A model generated the notes under the pieces. That model saw nothing but the letters and a program-made list of their open reading frames with translations, was not told the origin of the DNA and ran no database searches. This document shows positions 1-8,481 of a DNA stretch of 57,390 nucleotides, in pieces; position 1 is the stretch's first letter, and every line of letters begins with the position of its first letter. Made by a program: the position numbers and the translations under genes. Source of the stretch: an uncultured Bacteroidaceae bacterium (GTDB lineage Bacteria > Bacillota > Clostridia > Christensenellales > CAG-917); contig CAZSAC010000003.1 of assembly GCA_964604875.1 (NCBI GenBank), forward strand, positions 1 through 57,390, in the 5' to 3' direction.

Positions 1-104
1 CGTCTAATCCTTTTTTAATTAGATTAGATTTATTTATGCAGTTGTCAATGTGCAAATACGCAACAACAGCGCGTATTGTCCTTTTAGGCTTTAGGCTTAA
101 AAGT

Positions 105-181
105 TGGTGGGATTGAGTAGGCTCGAACTACCGACCTCGCGCTTATCAGGCGCGTGCTCTAACCAACTGAGCTACAATCCC
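105..181 (-). tRNA. tRNA-Ile (anticodon GAU), CCA encoded
   Basis: The reverse complement reads GGGATTGTAGCTCAGTTGGTTAGAGCACGCGCCTGATAAGCGCGAGGTCGGTAGTTCGAGCCTACTCAATCCCACCA. It folds as a cloverleaf with a 7-bp acceptor stem, GCTC/GAGC D stem, CGCGC/GCGCG anticodon stem, loop CTGATAA and a TTCGAGC T loop. Confidence 0.93.
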
Positions 182-186
182 GAAGT

Positions 187-262
187 TGGTGGAGATGAGC
201 GGGATCGAACCGCTGACCCCCTGCTTGCAAGGCAGGTGCTCTCCCAGCTGAGCTACACCCCC
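187..262 (-). tRNA. tRNA-Ala (anticodon UGC), CCA encoded
   Basis: The reverse complement reads GGGGGTGTAGCTCAGCTGGGAGAGCACCTGCCTTGCAAGCAGGGGGTCAGCGGTTCGATCCCGCTCATCTCCACCA. The anticodon loop is CTTGCAA, the G3:U70 alanine identity pair is present, and the T loop is TTCGATC. Confidence 0.93.
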
Positions 263-294
263 ACGGGTATCCTGTCAAAAGCGACAGCTTATAA

Positions 295-323
295 AGAATA
301 TCATTTAAGAAAATATTTGTCAA
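295..323 (-). promoter_or_regulatory. Candidate sigma-A promoter for the tRNA-Ala/tRNA-Ile pair
   Basis: The minus strand reads TTGACA, a 17-nt spacer, then TGaTATTCT (perfect -35 with an extended -10). It ends about 30 nt upstream of the tRNA-Ala 5' end. Confidence 0.5.
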
Positions 324-414
324 CGATTTATTTGAAAGTTTTAAATTTTTTACAAAAAAAAACTACCCGCTTAAAAAGGCGATTTATTTTCAGATATTTA
401 TTAAGGTTTATATA

Positions 415-1149
415 TTATAAAACTAAGTATGCTTTAAGAACATCTTCCAGTCCTAACGCGTTTTTATTGAAAAGTTTATAGTGTTGCAGAATGTTTTTCA
501 GCCCTATCCAATATGCCTTTATGAGTTGCGCGTCACGAATGTCTAAGACGATTTTTAAATTGTCAAGCATAAAAATAATATCTTTTCTAACGGCGTCGTC
601 TAATCGGGAGGAATTTACCGTTTCAACAGCAGTGCGGATATAATAATCGGTTTGCTCGGATATTGCCGTGCTGACTTTAATTTTTTTGATTTCTTTTTCC
701 TCGATTGCCTCATTTTTTCCGCCCTCGCTTAGAAGATATAGCATAGCTTCCTTAAACGGAATGATGACGTTTTTGCAAAAAGCGAAATACGCCGCGTTTC
801 TATCGTCGGCGTTAAAATCGAAATAGTCTTGCAAAAATTGAACGAAATTGCGTCGAGGCTCGTCAAAGTCCAATAAAAGACACACCACCAAAGCAACCTT
901 CTTGCGTGGTGATGCCGGCAAACGGAAAACAGAAACCGTCCCGATGTTTACAATCGCGCGGGTATATTCATCCTTATAATCAAAGTTAAACTTGCAATCG
1001 TCGATGACCTCTCTAAGCTCGTCATAATACGCCAAACACTTTAAAAGCATACGAATTTTTTGATTGGACATAATAAGTTTTGAACTCATCAGTTCATCGC
1101 ATTGCGCCGCAAACGCGCACATAGCCTCGCTTTGATAGTTTACCGCCAT
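415..1149 (-). CDS. Hypothetical protein (244 aa, predicted helical, no motif recognised)
   Basis: Long ORF with a clean AT-rich upstream region and an SD-like GGAGGAAAG before the ATG. I recognised no family signature. Confidence 0.6.
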   Translation of the reverse strand: MAVNYQSEAMCAFAAQCDELMSSKLIMSNQKIRMLLKCLAYYDELREVIDDCKFNFDYKDEYTRAIVNIGTVSVFRLPASPRKKVALVVCLLLDFDEPRRNFVQFLQDYFDFNADDRNAAYFAFCKNVIIPFKEAMLYLLSEGGKNEAIEEKEIKKIKVSTAISEQTDYYIRTAVETVNSSRLDDAVRKDIIFMLDNLKIVLDIRDAQLIKAYWIGLKNILQHYKLFNKNALGLEDVLKAYLVL

Positions 1150-1333
1150 ACTTTCCTCCGTTTTACCTAAAAAACATTATACATAACAAACCTCTAAATT
1201 GCAAGTTTATCGCCGTTTTTTGTAAAAAGCGCAAATAGTATTACTTTATTTGATAATTTACCAAAAATAGTATATTATATAATTAACTAAATAAAAAGTA
1301 ATTCCTATAAATAATAAATAATAAAGGACAAGT

Positions 1334-3265
1334 ATGAAAAAAAATAAAATCAAAATTATAGCGTTTATAATGACGGTGTCTATTGCGATAATATCTTTAT
1401 CGGGCTGTACGCTTTTTGGTAGAGGTGATATCAACGAATTTGCCGATGAGCTTTTCCCTCAGCTTTTTGCAAACGACGCTTTGTCGGCAAACTTCTTTTT
1501 GGAAAACCCGTCAAAGCTAGGCATTTACCCCAAAGCCTCACTCTATACTCCGTCCTCAAAAACAGAGTACGAAACAAGCTATAGCGCAATGCATACGCAA
1601 GCCGCGCTTATGGCGTCTATGTTTAGATATAGCAAAATGAGCGACACCGAAAAGGAGCTTTTTGATTTTATCCAAAGCTTTTTTGAGGGACAATCGAAAT
1701 TTGCCAACTATTATTATTTTCAGGACAACTATATCGGCAGTTATATGGGCACGCAAGCCAACCTTCCGATTTATCTTACCGAATACAAATTCCGTGAGGT
1801 TGCCGATATTGAAAACTGTCTCGCCCTATGCAATGCCTCGGAAACTGCTTTCCCTTCTTATGTTGATTTTGAAAAAGCCCGTATCGACAACGGCTACGGC
1901 AGAGCGACATATGTGTATATCGGCGCAATTCAACAATGCGAGGCTTTCACGGGGATTGATATAATCACTCCCGTTGAAGGACAAACAAACGAAACCGAAA
2001 ACTTCGTTCTAAGCAATTTAATATCTAAAATTAAGGCGGCGGAATTTTTAACCGCCGACCAAAAGACCGAATATACCGCAAAGGTTACGTCGGCGGTAAA
2101 CGATAAGCTTTTGCCCGCCTATGTAAAACTGGGGCAAGACATTTTGATGCTGTTGACAGACAACAGCGTAAACGTAGATTTGTTTAAGGGCGATTACGAC
2201 CGCCTTAGTATTGAACAAATTACCGCATCCCCCGCCAACGGCAAGTTTAACAATAAGGGCTTGGCAAACTTTAATAACGGCAAAGAGTATTATGAGCTTT
2301 TGTTCCAAGACGCAACCGGCACGTCCGACTCTGTATCTTCTGCGCAAGAAAAACTCAAGGCGGCGTTTATAAGCTATAACACCACCTATTGGCAACTATA
2401 TTCGTCCATTCAAGCCGACCTAACGGCGTACAATTCTCAGCTCCCCGCAGGCGAAACGCCCAAGACAATCGAAGGCGAAACAAAACGTTTGTATGCGGAA
2501 GTTAATTGGAATGACGAAACCGAACTCTATGGTATTATAAACAACCTAAAATCCCAAATAGCGGGGAATTTCCCCGATATGCCTTCCAGCGAAGGCAAGG
2601 TCATTTTAAAACAAATAGACGAAAGTTTGGCGGATAACTATTCCCCTGCCGCTTTCTTTGTGTCGGCTTTGGACAACCCAAACTCCGACGAAGTCATCGT
2701 CATCAACAGCGCAAAGGGTAGCACGGGCTATTTGGCGGTAGATCTTTTGACGCACGAGGGTATCCCCGGACACTTATATCAATATTCCTATTTGAAAAAC
2801 AGCGACCATCATAATATGATAAAGGTTCTATGTCCCACCAGCTACAAGGAAGCGTGGGCGGTATATTCCCAGTTTTATATGGCGGACTATTTCGAGCCGA
2901 ACTCCTTAGACGGAAAACTGTTTAAGCTTAACCTTTACGAATATTTATATAACGGCTTCTTGCGTTCAATGATTGATATTTGGGTAAACTATGACGGCTT
3001 GTCAATCTATCAGGTTGCGGATAAGTGCGCTGAATTATTACAAGGCGACGCCAACAGTTTTCTGCCATACCTGCAAGCAGTGTATCCCTTATGCGTCGAA
3101 GTGCCCACAAATTCTATGACGTACTTCTATGGTTTCCTATCTCTTATGGAAATTAAAACCGCGCTTTTTAATAACGGGACATGCAAAACCGATTTGGATT
3201 TTCATAAGCTATATTTAGATAATCCTTATTCCTTTACCGTGATACGCAATAAATATGGCATCTAA
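1334..3265 (+). CDS. DUF885-family lipoprotein (putative secreted metallopeptidase-like protein)
   Basis: N-terminal signal peptide with lipobox LSGC. It has an HEGIPGHLYQ motif resembling the DUF885 HExxPGHxxQ signature. SD AAGGA lies upstream. Confidence 0.65.
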   Translation: MKKNKIKIIAFIMTVSIAIISLSGCTLFGRGDINEFADELFPQLFANDALSANFFLENPSKLGIYPKASLYTPSSKTEYETSYSAMHTQAALMASMFRYSKMSDTEKELFDFIQSFFEGQSKFANYYYFQDNYIGSYMGTQANLPIYLTEYKFREVADIENCLALCNASETAFPSYVDFEKARIDNGYGRATYVYIGAIQQCEAFTGIDIITPVEGQTNETENFVLSNLISKIKAAEFLTADQKTEYTAKVTSAVNDKLLPAYVKLGQDILMLLTDNSVNVDLFKGDYDRLSIEQITASPANGKFNNKGLANFNNGKEYYELLFQDATGTSDSVSSAQEKLKAAFISYNTTYWQLYSSIQADLTAYNSQLPAGETPKTIEGETKRLYAEVNWNDETELYGIINNLKSQIAGNFPDMPSSEGKVILKQIDESLADNYSPAAFFVSALDNPNSDEVIVINSAKGSTGYLAVDLLTHEGIPGHLYQYSYLKNSDHHNMIKVLCPTSYKEAWAVYSQFYMADYFEPNSLDGKLFKLNLYEYLYNGFLRSMIDIWVNYDGLSIYQVADKCAELLQGDANSFLPYLQAVYPLCVEVPTNSMTYFYGFLSLMEIKTALFNNGTCKTDLDFHKLYLDNPYSFTVIRNKYGI

Positions 3266-3339
3266 TTGACATAGTTTGTTGAAAATGCTAAAATACAACC
3301 GAAAAATACAAAATTTATATATATTTATAGGAGTTTAAA

Positions 3340-3567
3340 ATGAAATCAGTCACTCTTAATTTAAAAACCGCAGAAAATGTTAAACGGTTTGTCAATGTCA
3401 CAAACAAATTTGAATACGATATGGATTTACGCAGCGGCCGTCACGTGGTTGACGCAAAATCCATTTTAGGGATTTTTAGTTTGGATTTATCTACACCGGT
3501 TGTTTTGGAAATCTTCAACGACAACTGCTCCGACTTAATATCAGACCTTACGCCATTTATTGAATAA
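3340..3567 (+). CDS. HPr-like small protein lacking the catalytic His15
   Basis: 75 aa. VDAKSILGIFSLD aligns with the HPr Ser46 region (VNLKSIMGVMSLG). There is no histidine in the region equivalent to GIHARPA. SD AGGAG lies upstream. Confidence 0.55.
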   Translation: MKSVTLNLKTAENVKRFVNVTNKFEYDMDLRSGRHVVDAKSILGIFSLDLSTPVVLEIFNDNCSDLISDLTPFIE

Positions 3568-3568
3568 C

Positions 3569-3603
3569 AAAAAAACCCTTGCGCTTGCAAGGGTTTTGTT
3601 TTA
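3569..3603. terminator. Bidirectional rho-independent terminator
   Basis: CCCTTGC-gctt-GCAAGGG hairpin (3576-3593) flanked by an A-run and a T-run. It sits between two convergent genes. Confidence 0.8.
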
Positions 3604-3605
3604 TT

Positions 3606-4895
3606 TTAGAAACAAAGCTTTTTGATTGCTTGATAATAAATTTCTGTCAACCGCATAAAGTCGTCAACGCTGACGCTTTCGTCCGGCTGGTGAATGGTGG
3701 ACGGCTGATTGGGAAATTCAGGCCCAAAGGCGACGCCTTTTTTCATAGCGCGCGCATACGTGCCTCCGCCGATAGTGATTGGTTCGGCTTGCGTTTTCAT
3801 AACCTTATTATAAGTGCCAAGCAAGGTTTGAACCAAGTCGTCGTTCTTATCAACGTATAGGGGTAAATGATAGTGCACGCGTTCAATGGCGTAATCGGGG
3901 AACGCATTTTTCAATATATTCAACAGCTGCTCCTCAAGATATGAAACGGGATAACGAATGTCTATGGTAAAGGATAATTTGTTTCCTTCTGTTTTGATTA
4001 TGCCAAGGTTGACCGTGAGCTTTCCACTTTGCTCGTCGGAAAGATTAAGCCCGCAACCCTCGCCATAATACGAGTAGAACGCTTCATAAATACGTTTTAA
4101 ATCCTCGTTTTGTTCAGATAAAGCCTTGCTTAGTTTTACTATTGCGTTTTCGCCCTCCCAAGGCGTTGCGGCGTGCGCCGATTTGCCGTATGCCGTCGCA
4201 TAGATTTTTTTGTCTTTTATTTCATACGAAATTTTCGCGTTCTTCAAGCTTGTTTCAACCTCAATAGACTGTGGTAATATTGCAAAACATTCATTGGGTA
4301 CTACATTCGCCCTTTCGCCGGCAGACACCTCTAAACCGCTAAACGTCTTTGTAAGACGATAATTAACAATACCCTTTTCACAGTTTATTACGGGGAAATC
4401 AGCATCGGGCGAAAACCCTTGCTCGGGCATTATTTCACACTTATTATAGTGATTTATGCACTCCCAACCGCTTTCTTCATTGCAGCCGAAAATAAAACGC
4501 AATTTCTTTTTAGGGGTTAAGCCTTCTTCCAGCAAAGCCCTCACGGCGTATATGCAGGCAATCATAGGACCTTTGTCATCCATAACGCCTCTGCCGTAAA
4601 TCCTTCCTTGGGTTATTTCACCATATGGATTTTTTGTCCAGCCCTTTCCCAAGGGTACAACGTCTAAATGCCCCAAAATGCCAAAAGACTCGCCCTCTCC
4701 TATGTCTGCTACTCCGCAAAAGCCGTCTAAATTTTTGGTTTTTAGACCAACCTCTTCACATAGTTTTAAAACATAGTCCAAACACTCGCGATTGCCCTTT
4801 CCAAAAGGCGCTCCGTCGCTAGGGTTTCCTTGAACGCAGTCAAATGAAAGGACTTTCAATAGGGTTGCCATAATTTCGTCTTTATACTTTATCAT
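3606..4895 (-). CDS. M20-family metallo-dipeptidase (PepV/Sapep-like)
   Basis: The HLDVVP and GRGVMDDKGP motifs and the length (429 aa) are typical of M20 dipeptidases. Confidence 0.75.
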   Translation of the reverse strand: MIKYKDEIMATLLKVLSFDCVQGNPSDGAPFGKGNRECLDYVLKLCEEVGLKTKNLDGFCGVADIGEGESFGILGHLDVVPLGKGWTKNPYGEITQGRIYGRGVMDDKGPMIACIYAVRALLEEGLTPKKKLRFIFGCNEESGWECINHYNKCEIMPEQGFSPDADFPVINCEKGIVNYRLTKTFSGLEVSAGERANVVPNECFAILPQSIEVETSLKNAKISYEIKDKKIYATAYGKSAHAATPWEGENAIVKLSKALSEQNEDLKRIYEAFYSYYGEGCGLNLSDEQSGKLTVNLGIIKTEGNKLSFTIDIRYPVSYLEEQLLNILKNAFPDYAIERVHYHLPLYVDKNDDLVQTLLGTYNKVMKTQAEPITIGGGTYARAMKKGVAFGPEFPNQPSTIHQPDESVSVDDFMRLTEIYYQAIKKLCF

Positions 4896-4996
4896 AATTC
4901 ACCATAAAAGAAGATTTATATTAAATTCGTTTGAATTTTTTACTATTATATTATACACTATATTAGATTAAATGTTAACTCTTTTTTGGAGGCAAT

Positions 4997-5713
4997 ATGC
5001 ACGAAGGACATCGGGATAGAATGCGACAACGCGTGATTGAAAACGGAATCGACAGTTTACAACCGCACGAGGTGTTGGAATATTTGCTCTTTTACGCAAT
5101 CCCCCGAAAAGATACAAATGAGTTGGCGCATACGCTTATTGACAGTTTCGGCTCGCTTTCGGCAGTGTTTTCCGCCGACTATGAGGCGTTGTTACAAACA
5201 AAAAATATGACTGAAAACGCCGCTCACCTTCTAAGCAGTATTCCGCAAATTCTGCGATATTATGACCGCGATTTGCAATCCGGCAAGAAAAAGGTCGTGT
5301 CAAGAAAAGATTGTCTGTCTCATCTGCGCACGTTTTTTATCGGCGCAACCGAGGAAAAGGTATATCTTTTGTGCTTAGACGCCGATAATAATATAATCAA
5401 AACTCAGCTTATCGCCAAAGGACAACCCGCTCAAGTGTCTTTGGAGCCTCGCGCCGTTGTCAGCGAGGCGATGAAACAAAAAGCCGTCGCTGTCATCTTG
5501 GCGCACAATCACCCCTCTGGAAAGGTTGAACCGTCGACCGCCGATATTGAAATCACCAAGTCGATTGCAGTCGCGCTTGAGCTTATATCCGTCAAACTGT
5601 ACGACCACTATATTTTTACAAATACCACTCACTTTTCTTTTTTTGAAAACGGACTGGTGGATTTAATAAATAAAAACGTCGACCGCTTTTTAAAAGAAGG
5701 CGTTCGTTATTAG
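4997..5713 (+). CDS. radC: RadC-family JAB/MPN-domain protein
   Basis: N-terminal HEGHRDRMRQR helix-hairpin-helix region and a C-terminal JAMM motif (ILAHNHPSG). Confidence 0.85.
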   Translation: MHEGHRDRMRQRVIENGIDSLQPHEVLEYLLFYAIPRKDTNELAHTLIDSFGSLSAVFSADYEALLQTKNMTENAAHLLSSIPQILRYYDRDLQSGKKKVVSRKDCLSHLRTFFIGATEEKVYLLCLDADNNIIKTQLIAKGQPAQVSLEPRAVVSEAMKQKAVAVILAHNHPSGKVEPSTADIEITKSIAVALELISVKLYDHYIFTNTTHFSFFENGLVDLINKNVDRFLKEGVRY

Positions 5714-5720
5714 GAGATTT

Positions 5721-7160
5721 ATGGAAACAAAGGTTAGAACCCGTTTTGCACCCAGTCCGACAGGCTTTATTCACATCGGCAATTTAAGAACCTGTCTTTA
5801 CGCATACCTCTTTGCGCGGAAAAATCACGGAGACTTTATTTTGCGTATCGAAGATACAGACCAAGAAAGATACGTTGAAGGCGCGGTAGATTTAATCTAT
5901 TCCACATTAAAGGAATCGGGCATATCCCACGACGAGGGCCCCGACAAAGACAAGGGCTTTGGCCCGTACGTCCAAAGCGAGAGAAAGTCGATATACTTGC
6001 AATACGCCGAAAAACTTATTGAGCTTGGCGGAGCGTACTATTGTTTTTGCACAAAGGAACGCCTTGAAAGTCTGACCGATGAAAACGGACAGCGCACTTA
6101 TGATAAACATTGCCTAAGCCTATCCAAAGAGGTTGTTGCCGAAAAGCTTGCCGCAGGCGTACCTTATGTTATCCGACAAAATATTCCCGCAGAGGGCGTC
6201 AGCTCCTACGAGGATATGATTTTCGGACGTATTGAAGTCAACTATGCCGATTTGGAAGATAATATATTGATTAAAAGCGATAAAATGCCAACTTATAACT
6301 TTGCCAACGTCGTGGACGATCACCTTATGCAAATTTCGCACGTTATACGCGGGGTGGAATATCTTTCCTCAACCCCAAAATATAATTTGATTTACGATAC
6401 GTTCGGGTGGGAGCGTCCCAAATATATGCACCTTCCACCGATTATGCGTGATGCAACACATAAGCTTTCAAAACGCCACGGCGACGCAAACTTTGACGAT
6501 TTTGTGAAAAAAGGTTTTCTGCCCGAAGCAATCGTAAACTATATCGCATTGCTTGGCTGGTGCCCTAAAGACAACACCGAAAAAATGTCTATGGACGAGC
6601 TGATTCAAAAATTTGACATCGACGGAATAAGCAAAAGCTCAAGCATTTTCGACGAAACCAAAATGCGTTGGCTAAACTCGCTGTATGTTAAGGAGCTTCC
6701 CTTTGACGTCTTTATGCAAAACGCCCTTCCGTTTTTTGAACAAAGCTGTATAGCAGGCAAATACGACTTTGAAAAAGTCGGAAAAATATTGCACTCACGC
6801 ACGGAGATTTTCTCGGAAATTCCCGATAAGGTTAGGTTTTTTGACGAATTTGGAAAGTTTGATGTTTCTTTATTCAATCACGCTAAATCAAAAACCACTC
6901 CCGAGCTTGCCTTGCCAATTTTAGAAAAAACCATTCCGCTGTTAGAAAAGCAATCAGACTGGACGAACGACGCCATATACAATGCTCTTTCTTCCTTCGC
7001 AGAAGAAAACGCCTTTAAGAAAGCGCAGGTATTTTGGGTTGTCCGCGTGGCTGTCAGCGCAAAAGAGTCTACCCCCGGCGGCGCTACAGAGCTTGCAGAT
7101 ATCTTAGGCAAAGAGGAAACTTTACGTCGCTTAACCTTCAGCTTAAGCTTGTTGAAATGA
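5721..7160 (+). CDS. gltX: Glutamate--tRNA ligase
   Basis: RFAPSPTGFIHIGNLRT (HIGH region) and KLSKRHG (KMSKS region); 479 aa. Confidence 0.95.
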   Translation: METKVRTRFAPSPTGFIHIGNLRTCLYAYLFARKNHGDFILRIEDTDQERYVEGAVDLIYSTLKESGISHDEGPDKDKGFGPYVQSERKSIYLQYAEKLIELGGAYYCFCTKERLESLTDENGQRTYDKHCLSLSKEVVAEKLAAGVPYVIRQNIPAEGVSSYEDMIFGRIEVNYADLEDNILIKSDKMPTYNFANVVDDHLMQISHVIRGVEYLSSTPKYNLIYDTFGWERPKYMHLPPIMRDATHKLSKRHGDANFDDFVKKGFLPEAIVNYIALLGWCPKDNTEKMSMDELIQKFDIDGISKSSSIFDETKMRWLNSLYVKELPFDVFMQNALPFFEQSCIAGKYDFEKVGKILHSRTEIFSEIPDKVRFFDEFGKFDVSLFNHAKSKTTPELALPILEKTIPLLEKQSDWTNDAIYNALSSFAEENAFKKAQVFWVVRVAVSAKESTPGGATELADILGKEETLRRLTFSLSLLK

Positions 7161-8443
7161 GCAAGACCCCTAATATTATCTTTTATTTTACAGACCAACA
7201 ACGAGCCGATACGTTAACGCCCGACGTTATGCCATATCTTTGGCAAGAGGCGCAGGAAAATGCACTGTACGACTTTGCATATACTTGTCAACCTGTTTGC
7301 GGACCCGCGCGAGCTTGCCTTCAAACGGGCTTAAACGCTTCTTGCAACCGTTCCGTCGTAAACAATATCCCTCTTCAGTCAGGCATAAAAACCCTTGCAA
7401 GCTACCTAAACGAAAACGGCTATGATACCGCCTATATCGGAAAATGGCACTTGGCGTCAGGCAATTTGAACGGGGAAAATCTAAATTGTCAAAGCAAGGC
7501 TATCCCAAAAGAGCGTTTGGGTGACTATCGCTATTTTAGAGGAGCCGACGTATTGGAGTTTACCTCCCACGGCTATGACGGATATATTTTCGATGAAGAT
7601 GGAAATAAATTGGATTGGACAGGCTATAGGGTAGACGCTATAAACGATTTTGCAATAGAATACCTTAAAACCCGCCCAACGGATAAACCATTTTTTATGT
7701 TTGTCAGTCAGCTTGAGCCACACCATCAAAACGATAGGCATTGCTTCGAGGGCTATAAGCCGACTATTTCTCAATTTGAAAACGCAACCATACCGCAGGA
7801 TTTGCAGGCGTTTACGGGAAACTATAAAAAGGAATATCCGAACTATTTGTCCGCCATAAACAGAATTGATTTTAACTTTGAAAAGCTTGTAAATGAACTA
7901 AAATCGCAAGGTATTTTTGAAGATACCGTTATATTTTTTACCGCCGACCACGGCAATCATTTTAAAACCCGAAACGTTGAATATAAGCGCTCGCCTCACG
8001 ATGCGTCCTTGCATATTCCCCTTGTTGCTATAAACGGAGATTTTAAAAATTTGGGGAGACAAACACGCCTCGTAAGCTTATTGGATATGCCGTCAACCAT
8101 TCTGGACGTGGCAAAAATTCCGATTCCCGCTTCATTTCAAGGTATATCTCTTTTAAGGGCTGAGGAACGAGACTGCGTTTACGTTGAGATAAGCGAAAGC
8201 TATTTTGGCAGAGCCATCAGAACCAAGCAATATACATATTCCATAAAAGCAGTTTTGGCGCATCCCTTTGCAAAGAAGGCGCGGCTTTACAAAGACTATT
8301 GCTTATATGACAATATCGCCGACCCTTGCCAAGCTCACAACCTGATACACACCCGTTCCTATAAGCAAGTTAAGGACAAGCTTAGACAAATATTGACAAA
8401 CGAAATGGAAGCTATTGGGCAAAAACACCCGATTATATTATAA
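7157..8443 (+). CDS. Cys-type (formylglycine) sulfatase, no signal peptide
   Basis: The start is refined to the ATG at 7157 (MSKTPNIIFYFTDQQRAD), which overlaps the gltX stop as ATGA. The CxPxR signature is CGPARACLQTG, with the Cys codon at 7298-7300. The ORF-track start at 7034 lies inside gltX. Confidence 0.8.
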   Translation: MSKTPNIIFYFTDQQRADTLTPDVMPYLWQEAQENALYDFAYTCQPVCGPARACLQTGLNASCNRSVVNNIPLQSGIKTLASYLNENGYDTAYIGKWHLASGNLNGENLNCQSKAIPKERLGDYRYFRGADVLEFTSHGYDGYIFDEDGNKLDWTGYRVDAINDFAIEYLKTRPTDKPFFMFVSQLEPHHQNDRHCFEGYKPTISQFENATIPQDLQAFTGNYKKEYPNYLSAINRIDFNFEKLVNELKSQGIFEDTVIFFTADHGNHFKTRNVEYKRSPHDASLHIPLVAINGDFKNLGRQTRLVSLLDMPSTILDVAKIPIPASFQGISLLRAEERDCVYVEISESYFGRAIRTKQYTYSIKAVLAHPFAKKARLYKDYCLYDNIADPCQAHNLIHTRSYKQVKDKLRQILTNEMEAIGQKHPIIL

Positions 8444-8481
8444 AAACATACCATAAACAGCAGTTTATGTTAGGAGGATTT

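Noticed and set aside
1-104. Hairpins downstream of tRNA-Ile (TCTAATC/GATTAGA at 3-28; CTTTTAGGC/GCTTAAAAG at 81-103) considered as terminators
   Set aside because: The stems are AT-rich and weak, no U-tract follows on the transcribed (minus) strand, and the window edge cuts the context. I cannot support them as terminators.
104-481. 125-aa plus-strand ORF in the ORF track
   Set aside because: It runs antisense straight through the two tRNA genes and into AT-rich promoter DNA. The tRNA cloverleaves explain the sequence, so the ORF is an artefact.
5714-5720. Possible T-box leader upstream of gltX
   Set aside because: Only 7 nt separate radC from gltX, so there is no room for a T-box. gltX is evidently co-transcribed with radC.
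7034-7156. Upstream extension of the sulfatase ORF (ORF-track start at 7034)
   Set aside because: The extension lies wholly inside the gltX coding region in another frame and encodes an Arg/Cys-rich peptide unlike any sulfatase N-terminus. The ATG at 7157 yields the canonical N-terminus (NIIFYFTDQQRAD).
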